DNA from: an uncultured Alphaproteobacteria bacterium
GTDB taxonomy: Bacteria; Pseudomonadota; Alphaproteobacteria; JAJFIK01
Length of the DNA: 55,445 bases
Direction: 5' to 3'
Assembly: GCA_964531285.1 (NCBI GenBank)
Contig: CAZHDI010000005.1
Span: 1 to 55,445 of the forward strand
Position numbers and translations under genes: made by a program. Below the pieces are notes generated by a model. That model was given only the letters and a program-made list of their open reading frames with translations. It made no database searches and was not told the DNA's origin. Positions 38,451 to 47,720 of the stretch are shown in pieces; within the stretch, counting starts at the first letter, position 1, and the number at the start of each line of letters is the position of its first letter.

Positions 38451-39345
38451 CATGGGCGCTGAGCGCTGCCCGAACATCGTCCGGAAACGGCATGGATTTG
38501 CGCGCTTCCAGATCGAGCGTCACCGCCACGGCCTCACTGGTGGCATAAATGCCGCCATCCGCCGGATCGAAGATCCAATGGACAAGTTGGATGATCCGTT
38601 CCGCGATCGCCTTGAGGCCCGTGCGCACTTCGATCAGGTCGCCGGCGCGCGGATAGCGGTGATAGCACAGACGGTATTCGACAACGGCGCTGCCGATTTT
38701 GCCATGCTGGCGCAGGGCCGTCGCCTCGGGTGCCAGATCGGGCAGGAAATTGACCACCCCGTCCGCGACGCGCCCGATGACATGGGCGGGGAGCATCACG
38801 CCGCGCTCATCGCAATGGGCCATGCCGACAGTCCCCTTGGAGATCGTCCGCATGCCGAATTGCGCCGCCAGCGTGCCATGCGCATCGCTGCGTGGCGGAT
38901 GCAGCGTCAGCCCGCGGGGCGCGGCATAGTCCGGGAGGGTGCAGGCCAGCGCCCGGGCTTTGGCTTTGACCTCGGCGGGGACGGGGAGGATCTCGCCCGT
39001 GGCCAGGGAGACCAGGCGCAGTGGCATGGTGACACTGGCCGAGGTCTCCCCGCTGATCGCATGGCGCAGTTCTACATAAGCGTGGATCTCTAGATCGTCC
39101 GTCTCGAGAATGCCGCCAACGATGGAGACACCAGACGCGGCGTGAAGTTCGCGCAGGAACCGCAAATGCTGCTCAGCGACCGCGAGCACGGCGCCGGCGG
39201 TGCGCAGGTCGTCCGGGCCCAAACCGATGGCATGGCCCAGAACCGCCACCGCCTCCTGCACCTTGACGCCGTAATAGCGCACATTGAGGTGCCCCATCTC
39301 GTCGCATTCCCAGGTACTGACAGTGCCGCGAAATAGTTCGATCAC
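38428..39345 (-). CDS. thioesterase family protein (double hotdog, 4HBT-like)
   Basis: ORF 305 aa. Two repeats of a hotdog module ('WECDEMGHLNVRYY' and 'AHCDERGVMLPAHVIG'). The 3' end overlaps the convergent hydrolase gene by 23 nt. Confidence 0.7.
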   Translation of the reverse strand: MIELFRGTVSTWECDEMGHLNVRYYGVKVQEAVAVLGHAIGLGPDDLRTAGAVLAVAEQHLRFLRELHAASGVSIVGGILETDDLEIHAYVELRHAISGETSASVTMPLRLVSLATGEILPVPAEVKAKARALACTLPDYAAPRGLTLHPPRSDAHGTLAAQFGMRTISKGTVGMAHCDERGVMLPAHVIGRVADGVVNFLPDLAPEATALRQHGKIGSAVVEYRLCYHRYPRAGDLIEVRTGLKAIAERIIQLVHWIFDPADGGIYATSEAVAVTLDLEARKSMPFPDDVRAALSAHVNPALSL

Positions 39346-39385
39346 GGATGCGCTCCTTCCCTCAATGACGATCCGCAGGCGGCGA

Positions 39386-40243
39386 TTAGTCCGTCAGCAC
39401 GCATTTGCCGTTCTTGATGACCGTTGCGTCGCGCTCGGCGAGACGGCACTGAAACGAGATCACGTTCCCATCGCGCCACATATCGGTGATGATCGTCTCC
39501 CCGGGAAAGACCGGTGCGGAGAAGCGCACATCGAACTGAGCGATTCTGGTGTGGTCGTAATCGCAGACGGTTTTCAGGATGGCCCGGCAGGCCGTACCAT
39601 ATGTGCACAGACCATGAAGAATGGGCCGGGGAAAGCCGGCGGCCCCGGCGAAGCCGGGATCGGAATGCAGTGGATTGCGGTCGCCCGACAGACGGTAGAG
39701 CAGGGCCTGATCGGGCCGGGTCTCCAGCGGGCAGGACATGTCGGGCGCCCGGTCCGGAATTGCATGGGGTTCGGGGCCGCCGCCCGCCGGGCCGCCGAAG
39801 CCGCCATCGCCGCGCGCGAAGATCGTGCTCCCGAGCGTGCACAGCGGCTCGCCCGTGTCCGCAAGGCGGATCCGGGTTTCCGAGGTGATGATCGCACCCT
39901 TGTCCGCGCCCTTGTCATAACACCCGGTGACCGCGCCGTCGGCAATCACGGTCGCGGCGGCGGGGAGCGGCCGGTGCAGGGTGACCCGCTGCTCGCCGTG
40001 AACGATCATGATCCAGTTGAGATCGGCGCCCTCAAGCGTGCGCTGGCCCCAGGCGATCACCGTGGCCATGGTCGGCACGGTCCGCATGTCCTGTGTCTCA
40101 TAGACATATTTGAGTTCCGCCGCGTCCATCGGGTCGCGCCCGAAGCCGACACCCAGCGCATAGAGCATGGTCTCGCGGTCGGTGTAGGTGAAGGTTTCGC
40201 CTTCGGATTTCAGGCTCATCAGCTGGTCGTAATTGATCGGCAT
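39386..40243 (-). CDS. MaoC family dehydratase / (R)-specific enoyl-CoA hydratase (double hotdog)
   Basis: In-frame ATG at 40243 preceded by GGGAGGA. Hydratase motif 'YRLSGDRNPLHSDPGFA'. 285 aa. Confidence 0.85.
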   Translation of the reverse strand: MPINYDQLMSLKSEGETFTYTDRETMLYALGVGFGRDPMDAAELKYVYETQDMRTVPTMATVIAWGQRTLEGADLNWIMIVHGEQRVTLHRPLPAAATVIADGAVTGCYDKGADKGAIITSETRIRLADTGEPLCTLGSTIFARGDGGFGGPAGGGPEPHAIPDRAPDMSCPLETRPDQALLYRLSGDRNPLHSDPGFAGAAGFPRPILHGLCTYGTACRAILKTVCDYDHTRIAQFDVRFSAPVFPGETIITDMWRDGNVISFQCRLAERDATVIKNGKCVLTD

Positions 40244-40366
40244 ATCCGGTCCTCCCGTCTGGCCGCTGCGGTGTGTTGCCGCTAGTTTAGCAGAGCCGCC
40301 CAAGGGGCACGCAAGGGGGCCGTGGCCTGTGGGGGAAAGGCCCGGCGGGGGAGGGCGGCAGCCCAT

Positions 40367-40399
40367 GAAAAAGCCGGCGCGGCGCTGGGCCGGCCGGCT
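40367..40399 (-). terminator. Rho-independent terminator downstream of the RTX gene
   Basis: On the minus strand, AGCCGGC (40399-40393), a 14-nt loop, GCCGGCT (40378-40372), then TTTTTC. It begins 22 nt after the TAA stop at 40421-40423. Confidence 0.6.
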
Positions 40400-40420
40400 G
40401 TTTCGGTCATGCGGAACGGG

Positions 40421-43400
40421 TTAGAGGATGAAGAAATCCCCGTCTTCCAGATCGTCGAGATCGGTTTTCGCGACGATCAATTCGTCCGCACCAAAATCGA
40501 ATACGGCGTCTTTGCCGTCCTGATCGGCGACCGCCATGATCTTGGCCAGCGTATCGAATTGCGGCCCCAGCCCGGTGAAGTCGATGAGATCGTCGTCCTT
40601 GCCGAAGTCGGCAATCTCGACCCGGCCATCGCCGAGGCTGAAGCGGAAGATATCGTCGTCCTTGCCGCCCTTGAGCTCATCGTCGCCCGAGCCGCCTTCG
40701 AGGATATCGTCGCCCTTGCCGCCGTCGATCCGGTCGTCGCCCGCGCCGCCGGTGATGATGTCGTCGTCATCGCCGCCCTTGATGCGGTCATCGTCATCGC
40801 CGCCGTCGATCGTGTCGTCGTCGTCGCCGCCGTCGATTTTATCGTCGCCGTCGCCGCCGAGCAGGATGTCGTCGCCGTCGCCGCCTTTGATCTTGTCGTC
40901 GCCGTCGTCGGCAAAGATGATGTCGTCGCCGTCATCGCCTTTGAGATTGTCCTTGCCGCTTGAGCCCACATCGGTGGCGTCGTCGTCATTGCCGATGGTC
41001 AGCGTCGCGGTGCCGGTTTCGATGATGGCATCCGTACCCGCACTGTTCGTGGCGTTCGAGAGCGTGATTTGCAGCGTCTCATCGGGCTCGGGCGCCAGAT
41101 CGCCGGTGATATCGACCGTGACGGTCTTGGTCGTCTCGTCGGCACCGAAAGTGAGCGTGCCGCTCGGGAAGACCCCATCGGTATCGTCCGGACCCGCCGG
41201 AGCCGACCCGCCGCCGCCGATCGCAAAGTCGATGGTACCGGTATCGTCCGTGTTGCCGTCCCGCACCACCTCGAATGTCACGGTGGTCACGCCAGTGTCG
41301 CCCTCGACCACGGTCGGCTCGGGCGCGCGGGCGCTGTAGAGCATGACCGTCGGCTCGACCGTGATCGTCACGGTGCCGACATCGGTCCGGCCCGTGGAGT
41401 CGGTCAGGATATAACGGAACATGTCGTCGCCGTAGAAATTGTCCTCCGGCGTGTAAATGAACAGGCCATTGTCGATCAGGATGACCGACCCGTTGGACGG
41501 CTGGCCGAAGGGCGTGACCGTGAAGCTGTCGCCGTCCACGTCGAGGTCGGCGCCGACACCGTTATTGGCGGTCACGTCGCCGGTGAGCCGGTCACCCTGG
41601 AGGATGGTGAAGCTGTCGTCCCGCGCGCTGGGATCGTCGCCGACCGCGGCAATCGAGATGGTCACAGTAGCCGTGCCGGTCCCACCATTCTTGTTGGTCA
41701 GTTTATAGGTGAAGCTGTCCTGGCCGTTTTCGTTCGCAATCGGCGTATAGGTGAAATTGCCGTTCTCATCGAGCGCGACATTGCCTTTCGTCGGCGCACT
41801 GACGACCGTCGCCGTGAGCGGGCCTTGGCCTTGATCGTCATCGAGGCCATTGCCGTTATTGGCACGCACATTGCCGGTGAGCGGCTGATCCTCCTGGATC
41901 GAAAAGCGGTCGGCCTGCGCGATCGGCGGGGGATTGAGGACGTTGAAATCCTCCGGGATCGTCACGGTGACCGTCTTGGTCGGGCTGTCGCCGAAGCCGG
42001 CGCCCTTGGCGTTGGAGAACACCAGATCGAAGGCTTCGTCGCCCTCGGTAAAGTCGTTGCCCAGGATCGTGAGCGTGATGGTCTTGCTCTGCTCGCCCGG
42101 CTGGAAGAACAGGGTGCCGACGGTGGATTCGAAATCCTGCCCGGCGACCGCGGTGCCGTTCTGGGTACGGTAGTCCACGGTAACGAGGTTGAGCGCCGCC
42201 CCGTTGAGCGAGACCTCGACATCGAAGGTCACGGCGGGGACCTGCTCGCCGGTGCCGACCGCGGTGATGTCGTCGACCGACTCGAAGCGCACGCCGTAGA
42301 TCACGGATGTCTTGCCGCGCTCGTAATCGACGAAGCTGGAACCGGGGCCGTAATCGGAAACGCCATCGATGCCGCCGGTGAAGGCCGCCTGACCGATGGC
42401 CACGTCATCGACGCCGTCATCGTTAATGTCGCCGATGCCGCCCACCGCATTGGCGAAATTCACCGTGCGCGGCGCGCCCGTGGCGAAGTCGCCCGGATGG
42501 GTGTCCGAGGTGACGATCCGGTAGCCGCCGGTGTTCGGATTGATGAAATCGTCCGTATAGACCACACCCTGCGGTCCGCCGAAATCGGCCGCGCCGTAAA
42601 CGACGGTGGCATAACCGTTGCCCCGGTTGAGCTGATTGACCCCGAGGATCACATCATCGAAGCCGTCGCCGTTCACATCGCCGGCACCGGCAACGAACTC
42701 GTTGGCGTAGGAGACGACATAGCCGGAAAAATCGCGCTGGGTGATCTGCACGCCGACATCGGGCGACAGGTTGGCCAGATCGATGGTGCTGTTGAAACCG
42801 CCGTCGCGCCCGAAGATCACGTAGCTGTCGGGCGGCATGAAATCGAAATCGCCCGGGTTCTTGAACCCGTTGCTGCCCGTCGAGCCGATCAGCAGATCAT
42901 CCAGGCCGTCGCCGTTCACATCGCCCGCATTGTCCAGGGACCAGCCGGTATTGGTGCCCGGCTTGCCGACAATGGTGAAGCCGTCGAGAACATTCGGCAC
43001 ATCGGTGCGCGAGAAATCGCCGCCGTTCTGCGAGAAGTCCTGGCCGCCATAGACAACGGTCACAAGACCGTTATTGGCGCCGCCGAAGGAGATGTCCGCC
43101 GACTGGGTGCTGAAGACGATGTCTTCGATGCCGTCATTGTTGAAATCGATCAGGGTCGTGGCGGCGCCGTTCTGTTCGCCGGGCGCGCCAAAACGGCCGC
43201 GGATCCGGATGCCGTTCTGACCGTCAAGCTCATCAATGCGCAGATCCTCGATGAACTCGTCCTGCTGGCCGAAAACGATAAACACATCGCCCGTGGTCGT
43301 CAGGTCGCCCATGCTGCCGACAATGAGATCATCGACGCCGTCATCGTTCACATCGCCGATACCGCCGATGGAATGGCCGACCTGCTCGCCGAAGAAGAGC

Positions 43401-44062
43401 CCGAATTCATCGGAAGGATTCGATTGTTCGATGGGCGTGCGCTCCACGCCGTCGAGCTTGAAGACGCCGCTCGGGGGCGTGCGCAGATTGATCGCCCCGC
43501 CGGTCTCGGTGACCCAGTCCTCGCGCCCGTAGATCACATAGCCCGCACCCTCATGCTTGCGGATGGTGACCAGCTCGGTTTCAGGTTCGACTTCGCCGTC
43601 CTCGGAGTCGGGATCGGGCTCACCGGGGCCAACTTCCACCTCGAAGGTGTAGTTGTACATGTCGTCGTTCCGGGCGCCGATGGCGATGTCCATGATGCCA
43701 TCGCCGTTGAAGTCGCCCGCCGGGCCCAGCGAATATCCAGCTTGGGCAAAGGTCGAGCCGCCGACCACGGTGACGCCGTTGGTGCCGTCCAGGGTGGTCA
43801 GGTCGATGAAGGCCGGAAAGCCCTCCGCCCGGCCGAAAATAATGTGCGTCCGGCCGGCCAGATCGCCCCCGAAGCCGTTCGGCGGCACGCTGGCGTCGCC
43901 GCCGTCGGAGCCGACCAGATAATCGTCGATGCCGTCGCCATTGACGTCACCGAGGCCCGCGACCGCGATGCCATGCACATCGATCGTGTCCGGACCCGTT
44001 CCGGTCGTAATAAAACCGTTGCTGCCATCGAGGGAGCCAATATTGAAGACCATTGATGTCAA
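40421..44062 (-). CDS. large secreted FG-GAP (integrin-alpha-like propeller) / Calx-beta / cadherin-like / RTX calcium-binding protein, probable T1SS substrate
   Basis: ORF 1213 aa. TTG at 44062; the ATG at 44053 (MVFNIGS) follows GGGGTGGG. Seven DxNxDGxxD loops (DVNGDGIDD, DFNGDGIMD, DVNDDGVDD, DFNNDGIED, DVNGDGLDD, DVNGDGFDD, DINDDGVDD). Calx-beta 'VDYRTQNGTAVAGQDFESTVGTLFFQPGEQSKTITLTI'. Two cadherin-like modules. Twelve GGxGxD nonapeptides. No N-terminal signal peptide. Confidence 0.85.
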   Translation of the reverse strand: MTSMVFNIGSLDGSNGFITTGTGPDTIDVHGIAVAGLGDVNGDGIDDYLVGSDGGDASVPPNGFGGDLAGRTHIIFGRAEGFPAFIDLTTLDGTNGVTVVGGSTFAQAGYSLGPAGDFNGDGIMDIAIGARNDDMYNYTFEVEVGPGEPDPDSEDGEVEPETELVTIRKHEGAGYVIYGREDWVTETGGAINLRTPPSGVFKLDGVERTPIEQSNPSDEFGLFFGEQVGHSIGGIGDVNDDGVDDLIVGSMGDLTTTGDVFIVFGQQDEFIEDLRIDELDGQNGIRIRGRFGAPGEQNGAATTLIDFNNDGIEDIVFSTQSADISFGGANNGLVTVVYGGQDFSQNGGDFSRTDVPNVLDGFTIVGKPGTNTGWSLDNAGDVNGDGLDDLLIGSTGSNGFKNPGDFDFMPPDSYVIFGRDGGFNSTIDLANLSPDVGVQITQRDFSGYVVSYANEFVAGAGDVNGDGFDDVILGVNQLNRGNGYATVVYGAADFGGPQGVVYTDDFINPNTGGYRIVTSDTHPGDFATGAPRTVNFANAVGGIGDINDDGVDDVAIGQAAFTGGIDGVSDYGPGSSFVDYERGKTSVIYGVRFESVDDITAVGTGEQVPAVTFDVEVSLNGAALNLVTVDYRTQNGTAVAGQDFESTVGTLFFQPGEQSKTITLTILGNDFTEGDEAFDLVFSNAKGAGFGDSPTKTVTVTIPEDFNVLNPPPIAQADRFSIQEDQPLTGNVRANNGNGLDDDQGQGPLTATVVSAPTKGNVALDENGNFTYTPIANENGQDSFTYKLTNKNGGTGTATVTISIAAVGDDPSARDDSFTILQGDRLTGDVTANNGVGADLDVDGDSFTVTPFGQPSNGSVILIDNGLFIYTPEDNFYGDDMFRYILTDSTGRTDVGTVTITVEPTVMLYSARAPEPTVVEGDTGVTTVTFEVVRDGNTDDTGTIDFAIGGGGSAPAGPDDTDGVFPSGTLTFGADETTKTVTVDITGDLAPEPDETLQITLSNATNSAGTDAIIETGTATLTIGNDDDATDVGSSGKDNLKGDDGDDIIFADDGDDKIKGGDGDDILLGGDGDDKIDGGDDDDTIDGGDDDDRIKGGDDDDIITGGAGDDRIDGGKGDDILEGGSGDDELKGGKDDDIFRFSLGDGRVEIADFGKDDDLIDFTGLGPQFDTLAKIMAVADQDGKDAVFDFGADELIVAKTDLDDLEDGDFFIL
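40643..40966 (-). repeat. 27-bp periodic coding repeats (12 RTX nonapeptides GGxGxDxUx)
   Basis: GSSGKDNLK GDDGDDIIF ADDGDDKIK GGDGDDILL GGDGDDKID GGDDDDTID GGDDDDRIK GGDDDDIIT GGAGDDRID GGKGDDILE GGSGDDELK GGKDDDIFR. Coordinates were counted back from the stop codon. Confidence 0.85.
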
Positions 44063-44611
44063 CCCACCCCAGGGTGTTCACAGCGGTGCGATCCTTAGAC
44101 CGCGAATTTCCGCACCCCAACCAAGCCCCCCAGCCATGCGTTTTTGTACAGCACGGCCGGCCCTTTGTGAAGCCGAACCGGTCCGAATGCCCCTAGGAAA
44201 CTAAGGGATATCCCGGCTGAACGGCCGTCCCGCGGACGGCGGGGGCGCATGACCGTTCGAGGTAAGCCATCCGACACCGGATGGACCGGTCGGTCCGACG
44301 AAGCCGGCGGCAGCCGGTGTCCAACCGTCCGTCTGGAAACGATCTCCACCCGCCGCGGCAAGCCGTTGTTGGGCAGGCCAGACACACGCGCAGCCCGGCA
44401 CCGGCGCACCGCCGGGGCGGCGCGCCATCGGCCGATCGGTCCAGGACTTGCGGAACAACCCACCCTCACGTCATCATTCAGATAGAGGGGCGGTGCAGCC
44501 AAACAAGGCTGCCGGGAAAGAACGCCCTGCAACTCCCGTCTGCGGTGGGGCCTTCTGCTTTGGAGCCAGCCATGCAACGGGCGCGCCACCAGACCGGGAG
44601 GAACCAAGCCC

Positions 44612-45451
44612 ATGGCCCACACCTGCTTTGATGTCGAGATTGCCGACGGCGTCGCCCATCTGCGCATGAACCGGCCCGACGCGTTCAATTCCATGATCCG
44701 CGCCTTCTGGAGCGAATTGCCGGCGATCATCCGCGATATCGACGAGAACGCGAAGGCGCGGGTCATCGTCCTGTCGGGCGAGGGGCGGCATTTTTGCGCC
44801 GGGATGGACCTGTCGGTGTTCACGTCCGGCGGCGACGAGGCGTCGCGGAGCGCAGAACTGGGCCGTCAGCGCGAGGCGCTGCGGCTGTTCGTGAAGGTGC
44901 TCCAGCAGACCTTCAACTGCCTCGATGAGGCGCGCGTGCCGGTCCTTGCGGCGATCCAGGGCGCCTGCATCGGCGGCGCGGTGGACATGACCTCGGCCTG
45001 CGATATCCGCTACTGCACCGAGGATGCGTTTTTCTGCATCCAGGAAATCAATATCGGTATGACCGCCGATGTCGGCACCTTCCCGCGCCTGTGCCATCTG
45101 ATCCCCCAGGGCTGGGTGCGCGAACTGGCCTATACCGGGCGCCGGCTCAAGGCGGCGACCGCCAAGGAAATCGGCCTTGTGAACGAGGTCTATCCCGATC
45201 ACGCCACCATGATGGCCGCGGTCATGGCCACCGCGCGCGAGATTGCCCAGCGCTCGCCGCTGGCCGTGACCGGGTCCAAGGTCATGATCAATTACGCCCG
45301 GGATCACTCGATCGACGATGCCCTCGATTACATCGCGACCTGGCAGTCGGGCATGTTCCATCCCACCGATATGATGGAAGCCTTCGCGGCCCAGTCCGAG
45401 AAACGCGATCCGGATTTCGAGGATCTGCTGGCCCAGCGCAGCGCGCTGTAA
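44612..45451 (+). CDS. enoyl-CoA hydratase/isomerase (crotonase) family protein
   Basis: ORF 279 aa. 'VIVLSGEGRHFCAGMDL', 'AAIQGACIGGAVDMTSACDIR'. Confidence 0.85.
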   Translation: MAHTCFDVEIADGVAHLRMNRPDAFNSMIRAFWSELPAIIRDIDENAKARVIVLSGEGRHFCAGMDLSVFTSGGDEASRSAELGRQREALRLFVKVLQQTFNCLDEARVPVLAAIQGACIGGAVDMTSACDIRYCTEDAFFCIQEINIGMTADVGTFPRLCHLIPQGWVRELAYTGRRLKAATAKEIGLVNEVYPDHATMMAAVMATAREIAQRSPLAVTGSKVMINYARDHSIDDALDYIATWQSGMFHPTDMMEAFAAQSEKRDPDFEDLLAQRSAL

Positions 45452-45462
45452 GGAGCCGTCCC

Positions 45463-45918
45463 GTGAGCGCCAAAGCCGCCGCCAAAGCAGGGTCCGCCAG
45501 ACGGTCCTTCAGTCACGAGCCCAGCACCCTGGCCACGCTGCCGGCCGGCTGCCTCGTGGCCTTCGGGGCGCTGACGCTCATTCTGCTGGTCCTGGGTATC
45601 GTGGTGCTGTCGGTCGCGTTCCCGGGCTACCGGTCGAGCGCAACTTATAAGGAGGCGATGGCCATTGTCCGGGCCGAGCCGTCGGTGCGTGCGGCGTTGG
45701 GCGAGCCGGTCCGGGAGACCGGTATCGTCTCGTTCGTAACGGATCTTCAGCCCGAAGGCGGCGGGACAAAGCGGTTCGTGTCGGTCCGCGTCGAGGGGCC
45801 GAACGGCGAAGGCATTCTTTATGCGGAAGGGGTCGAGCGCTCCGGCGTGCGCCTGACCGAAGTGCGCCTCACCCTGACCAACGGCACGCGCCTCAGACTG
45901 ACCCCTTTACGCCCGTAA
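45463..45918 (+). CDS. single-TM Coa1-like (cytochrome oxidase assembly factor 1 family) membrane protein
   Basis: GTG at 45463 preceded by AAGGAG, in the frame of ORF 45091..45918. TM 'LVAFGALTLILLVLGIVVLSVAF', then 'YKEAMAIVRAEPSVRAALGEPV...VSVRVEGPNGEGILYAEG'. Confidence 0.5.
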   Translation: MSAKAAAKAGSARRSFSHEPSTLATLPAGCLVAFGALTLILLVLGIVVLSVAFPGYRSSATYKEAMAIVRAEPSVRAALGEPVRETGIVSFVTDLQPEGGGTKRFVSVRVEGPNGEGILYAEGVERSGVRLTEVRLTLTNGTRLRLTPLRP

Positions 45919-47716
45919 GGGCCGACAGATCGGCGTTCTCCAGAATACGCGCGGCATGGGTGTAGCCGGCCTCGATGGACCGGTCGAAGGCTTTCCAATC
46001 CGTCAGCCCGATCCCCTCGACCGTCGGCGAGAAGAGCAGCTCAGTGCGCTGATGGGCGCGATTGGTCTGCATCTCCGAGTTCACCGTCCCTGAACGCATC
46101 AGCAAGCTGACGATTCCCGGTCCGCCTTTCACATCGTCGCCCAGAATGCCCCAGTCGCGCATGCGCCAGGCGCGCCCGCGGATCGTCCGGAACGCGTCAT
46201 GGTCTTCCACATCGCTGCCGATCACCGGGCCGCGCGCCTGATCCGCCATGAGAGAGGCCGGGAAATTGTTCATCACCGCGCCATCGACCAGAACCGCGCC
46301 CCGCCGGATGACCGGTGCGATGATCCCGGGAATGGAGACGCTGGCCCGCAGCGCCTGCCATAACAGACCGCGCCGGTGGATGACCTGCTTGCCGTGGGTC
46401 AGGTCGGCCGAAACGCAGAAATATGTCAGCCACAGATCTTCGATCTGAAGCCCCTCGAAGCTTTCATGGAGAAGGCGGGCGATCTTGCGGCCCCGGATCA
46501 GCGATACGAAGGGCACCGTATAATCCGACAGCGGATTGGTTTCAACAAAGCTCCGGCGCATTCGCTCGGTGAGTTCCTCGATGGTCCAGCCCGCCGCGAT
46601 CCCGCCGCCGACGATCGCGCCGATGCTGGTGCCGCCGAACCGGTCGATGGTGACGCCCGCTTCGCGCAGGGCCTTGAGCACCCCCAGATGGGCAAAGCCG
46701 CGCGCGCCGCCGCCCGACAGCACCATGCCGGTGGCGCGGCCCATGATATGCCGGGTCAACCGGTCGAGGCCCGCCGGATCGTTGAGCCGCAGATTGTAAT
46801 GGAACACCGGCCGGAAGCGCTCCAACCAGGGCAGCGCGCCATGGGCATAGCGGGCGTTTTCAGGGTGCAGGATGACAAGTTCGGTGAACCGGCGCGGTGC
46901 ATTGAACACGATCTGCTCGATCGGCATCGAATAAGCGCTGAGCGCGTCGGAACGGCCGACCAGAATCACGCGGTCCGCCTGACGCAGGCACATGCGGGTC
47001 CACGATCCGTGCTCCGGATTCGCCACATAAATCAGATGATCGTGTTCGGCTTCGAGCCGGTGAAACCATTCGCTGCCATTGGTTTCGGTCACCGTGTCGA
47101 GCAGGATGGTCTGAAGCCCGGCTGCCGTGAAGGTGCGCAGCATCCGCTCGCCGATGGTCCGGCCGCAGACGCCGGGCGTCACGGGAACGACGGCGATGGT
47201 CTTGGGCTGAATGCCGTGCGCAGGGCGCGCCGCGCCGCTCATGTTCTTGAGCCGGCGCACCAGCAGTTTCGACATATTTGCCATGACCGCCGGATGACGC
47301 GCGACGATGCGGTCAAAGGTGGCGCGGGGGACACGGATCACTTCGGTATCGCGCAGCGCGACGAGGGTGCCCATACGCGGTTCGCCCGAGATGAGCCCCG
47401 GCTCGCCCACGGTCTGTCCGGCGACGAACTCGGAGGCCAGATAGTCTTCGCCTTGCGCGTCCGTCAGCCACAGGCCCACACAGCCGGCCGTGATCAGATA
47501 AAGCGCCTCGCTGGGCTGGCCGCGCGACAGGAGCGTCCAGCCGGCCGGCAGGCTGAACCATTCGGTCTCGGGCAAAAACCGGAAGAGCCGGCGCGTTTCG
47601 ATCCCTTCGAACAGGGGCATTTTCCGGATCAGGTCGCGGATCCGGCGCACGGGGTCGAGCCCGCTATCGGGCGCGCCGGTCCAGAATGCCATGCGCGAGG
47701 ACTGGGCCATCGGCAT
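45893..47716 (-). CDS. cyclic nucleotide-binding domain + patatin-like phospholipase (NTE-like)
   Basis: ORF 607 aa. cNMP domain 'MPLFEGIE...GQTVGEPGLISGEPRMGTLVALRDTEVIRV'. Patatin motifs 'VLSGGGARG', 'GTSIGAIVGG' (GxSxG), 'VLVDGAVMNNFP' (catalytic Asp). Confidence 0.85.
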   Translation of the reverse strand: MPMAQSSRMAFWTGAPDSGLDPVRRIRDLIRKMPLFEGIETRRLFRFLPETEWFSLPAGWTLLSRGQPSEALYLITAGCVGLWLTDAQGEDYLASEFVAGQTVGEPGLISGEPRMGTLVALRDTEVIRVPRATFDRIVARHPAVMANMSKLLVRRLKNMSGAARPAHGIQPKTIAVVPVTPGVCGRTIGERMLRTFTAAGLQTILLDTVTETNGSEWFHRLEAEHDHLIYVANPEHGSWTRMCLRQADRVILVGRSDALSAYSMPIEQIVFNAPRRFTELVILHPENARYAHGALPWLERFRPVFHYNLRLNDPAGLDRLTRHIMGRATGMVLSGGGARGFAHLGVLKALREAGVTIDRFGGTSIGAIVGGGIAAGWTIEELTERMRRSFVETNPLSDYTVPFVSLIRGRKIARLLHESFEGLQIEDLWLTYFCVSADLTHGKQVIHRRGLLWQALRASVSIPGIIAPVIRRGAVLVDGAVMNNFPASLMADQARGPVIGSDVEDHDAFRTIRGRAWRMRDWGILGDDVKGGPGIVSLLMRSGTVNSEMQTNRAHQRTELLFSPTVEGIGLTDWKAFDRSIEAGYTHAARILENADLSALTGVKGSV

Positions 47717-47720
47717 CGTC

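Noticed and set aside
40643-40966. Regular 27-bp periodic repeats that could superficially resemble a CRISPR-like array
   Set aside because: The repeats are in frame inside a long ORF and encode RTX GGxGxD nonapeptides. There are no unique spacers and no cas genes.
45893-47716. cNMP-binding patatin phospholipase as a CBASS-type (CapV-like) defence effector
   Set aside because: No CD-NTase or other cyclase, no Cap2/Cap3 genes and no mobile-element context. The CAP-type cNMP domain plus patatin matches the widespread NTE-like family rather than CapV.
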